Positions 33,001 through 36,000 of a stretch of DNA of 64,000 nucleotides are shown here, piece after piece (positions within the stretch are counted from its first letter, which is position 1; every line of letters begins with the position of its first letter). This DNA comes from Candidatus Obscuribacterales bacterium. Its GTDB lineage: Bacteria; Cyanobacteriota; Vampirovibrionia; Obscuribacterales; Obscuribacteraceae. The notes under the pieces were generated by a model, which worked only from the letters and a program-made list of their open reading frames with translations, made no database searches and was not told the DNA's origin. Location of the stretch: positions 17,984 to 81,983 of the forward strand of contig JAGVKG010000065.1 in the NCBI GenBank assembly GCA_020050685.1. Reading direction: 5' to 3'. The position numbers and the translations under genes were made by a program.

Positions 33001-36000
33001 TAATGCAGTACCTATAGATTTGTCTGCTAATGGAGTAGGAGCCGGAAGTGGTGGCACGATTACTCTAAGTCAAAACAGCTCATCCTTGTTTAACATCTCA
33101 TCGACCAGCACATTTGTTGGTGTGGTCGGTACTATATCTGCCAACGCCGGCGCGGCTACCGGCAAGGGTGGAAGAGTCGTGATTTCCAATGCTGGTACTG
33201 GTGGTATCACCTTGGCAGACCCGGCATTGATATCTGTGGCTGCTTCTCTCGGCGGTGGCAATGGTGGATCTATTTCTATGTCGTCCACTGCTGGAACGAT
33301 AACGATAGCTGGTGGCACGCTGGCTGCAGATGCATCTTCTTCTGGTGATTTCCAAGGTGGTGCAATTACAATTAATGCCGCTAAGTTCAGCATGACTGGA
33401 GCTACTGCTCTTACCTTGAGCGCCAAGGCTAACGGTATTGGCAATGGTGGCACGGTATCCGTGACAACAACAGGGCCGTCTGCTCCCAACCTAACTATCG
33501 GAACACTGGCTACCAATTTGAGAGTTGTTGCGCCTGGCGGTACCAATGGTGGCGCTGGTGGAATAGTCTCAGTTATATCAGCGGCCCGTTTGATAGTTGA
33601 TCCATTAGGCTTGGATATCGCACCGGCTGCCGGCAAGAATGGTAATGGTGCATCGCTCACGCTGACAACCACTGCGGGTAATTTATCCATAACTGCAAGC
33701 TTGAATGTCAATGGAGCAGGCACAGGAAGTGGTGGCACAATGTCGCTTTCTTCGGCTAGCGCCATTTCTGTTGCGGGCAGTTTAAGCGCCAATGGTGGCA
33801 CAAGTGGAAGCGGTGGCTCGATTAGTCTTTCGACAAGCAGCACCGCACCATTTTTGTTGACAACAGGCACCTCTTCTAACAATAGCCTGACCGGAACAAT
33901 CACAGCCGATAGAGGCGGTTCAATATCTTTGAATATGGCATCAAGTGGTGGTATCACGGTTGGTGCTTTGGCAGTACTTGCGGCTAATGGAATTGCATCA
34001 GGTGGTGCTGGAGGTTCAATCACCATTGTTACAACTGGAAACTTGACGGTTGGTGGTGGCGTGCTGAACGCAAACGGTCAAGGAACCGGCGTAGCCAATG
34101 GCGGAGCCATTTCCATCACTGCATTGAGGGTGATGAATGGTGGCGGAGTGGCGATGGCGCTGAACGCAAATGCCTCGGGTATTGGCAATGGTGGCAATGT
34201 TGCGGTTACAGCCACTGATGCAACAGCAAGCTTTACAGTTGGAGCCGGTGCCGGACAGTTTGCAATTTCTGCCACTGGCGGATCCGTTGCCTCGCTTGCC
34301 GGAGATGGTGGCACAGTTACATTACAAGCCGGAAATAGCTTGACTGTGAATACCGGATCGCTTAGCGCAGGTCCAATAGGTGCGCATGGCAGTGGTGCGA
34401 CGCTAATCTTTAATGCCGGAAGTGCCGGTTCAGGAACACTGTTTGTCAACACTGGCGGAACGGCAGGAATCCTAAGTGCCAATGGTGTTGGTCGCGGTGA
34501 TGGCGGGACTATCAGTCTGACATCGAGTCATGGCACAGCATTTACCATCGGCGCTGGTGTCGTCAGTCAAGGTGTGAATGGCATTATCAGTGCTAACGCA
34601 GGGGCTGTTGATGGTAATGGTGGATCGATTAGTGTCTCAAATAACAATACATCCGGTGCAGGTGGTATCACTGTATTAGCGGTTAGCAATCTGTCCGTCG
34701 CACCATCACTAGCTGGAGGCGATGGTGGTTCGCTTACCTTCAATTCTCCCAATGGCACAATCAGAATTGCATCCGGAGTGCTATCGACATCGGCAGCTGG
34801 CCTCGATTCCTTTGATGGCGGAGAGATAAGAATCAGTGGACTGGCATTTGTGGTGACTGGTGCAGGAAGTCTTATGCTTGCTGCCAATGCTACTGGTGCA
34901 GGTGATGGTGGCTCTGTCGAAGTAAAGACAGTTGGTGCTTCTGACCTGACGATGGGAGGTGCTGCTGGACAATTCACAGTGCAAGCAACTGGTGGCACCG
35001 GTGGTATTGATCCTTCTGATGGTGGTGACGGTGGCTCAGTAACAATTGTTAGTGGACGTGGTTTGACTATTAGCAACACGAGCAATATTCTCGCCGGACC
35101 GCTTGGCACAAATGGTGATGGCGCTGACATTACATTGAGTGTATCTTCTGTATCGTCACCAGGATCTGGATTCATGAAGATATTGGCTGGTGACTTGAAT
35201 GTTAATGGTCGTGGTGATGGCGATGGTGGCACTGTCATTTTGACAGTAAATATGAATGGCGGATTTGGCGTTGGTCTAGGCGTACTGGGAACTGCAAACG
35301 GAATGGTAGGTACAATTTCGGCAAACGGATCTGGCACGGGCGCAGGCGGAGAAATAAATGTAACAAACGCCTTTGGTTCGCTCACACTGGGAGCCTTAGC
35401 CAATATTTCTGCCAATGGTGGATCTACATCCGGTGCTGGTGGCACGATATCCATGAGTGCGACAAATTCGACTATGACAATTGTGGGAGGCAATACACTT
35501 TCTGCTAATGGTACTGGCGCAAGTGGAAACTTTAACGGCGGCGAAATTACTTTGTCTGCATTGACAATAGCCGGCAACGCTTTGACTCCAATGACCATAT
35601 CGGCAAATGGAGCCGGTGCCGGAGCCGGTGGAGCCGTATCGATAACCAGCACTAATAAGTCGTCTAATCTCAATAATAATTTCCTGACCATCGTGGCTAA
35701 TGGCGGCTCAACAAATTCTGGCGCCGGTGATGGCGGAGTTATTACGATGTCATCCGGTTCGCAACTAATTGTTGATTTATCCCGAATAACTGCCGGACCA
35801 CTGGGTGCTGCCGGACTTGGTGCGACTATTAAACTGACGAGCGGCACTGGCGGCTCTGGTGCCCTTACAGTTAGCAACGCTGTGACTGCTGGTGTCCTGC
35901 CTGCTTCTATTGCCCTAACTTCCTCCAGTGCAATTTTGCAAAGTGGTGTCGTGCCAATAGCGGCTGTTAGCTTATCGCTAACTACAACCGGATCGGGATC

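Noticed and set aside
13980-35880. Regular periodicity of about 750 bp that could suggest a non-coding tandem array or CRISPR-like structure
   Set aside because: The period lies within one continuous ORF, and the units are conserved at protein level but diverged at DNA level. There are no short identical direct repeats separated by unique spacers. It is a coding repeat.
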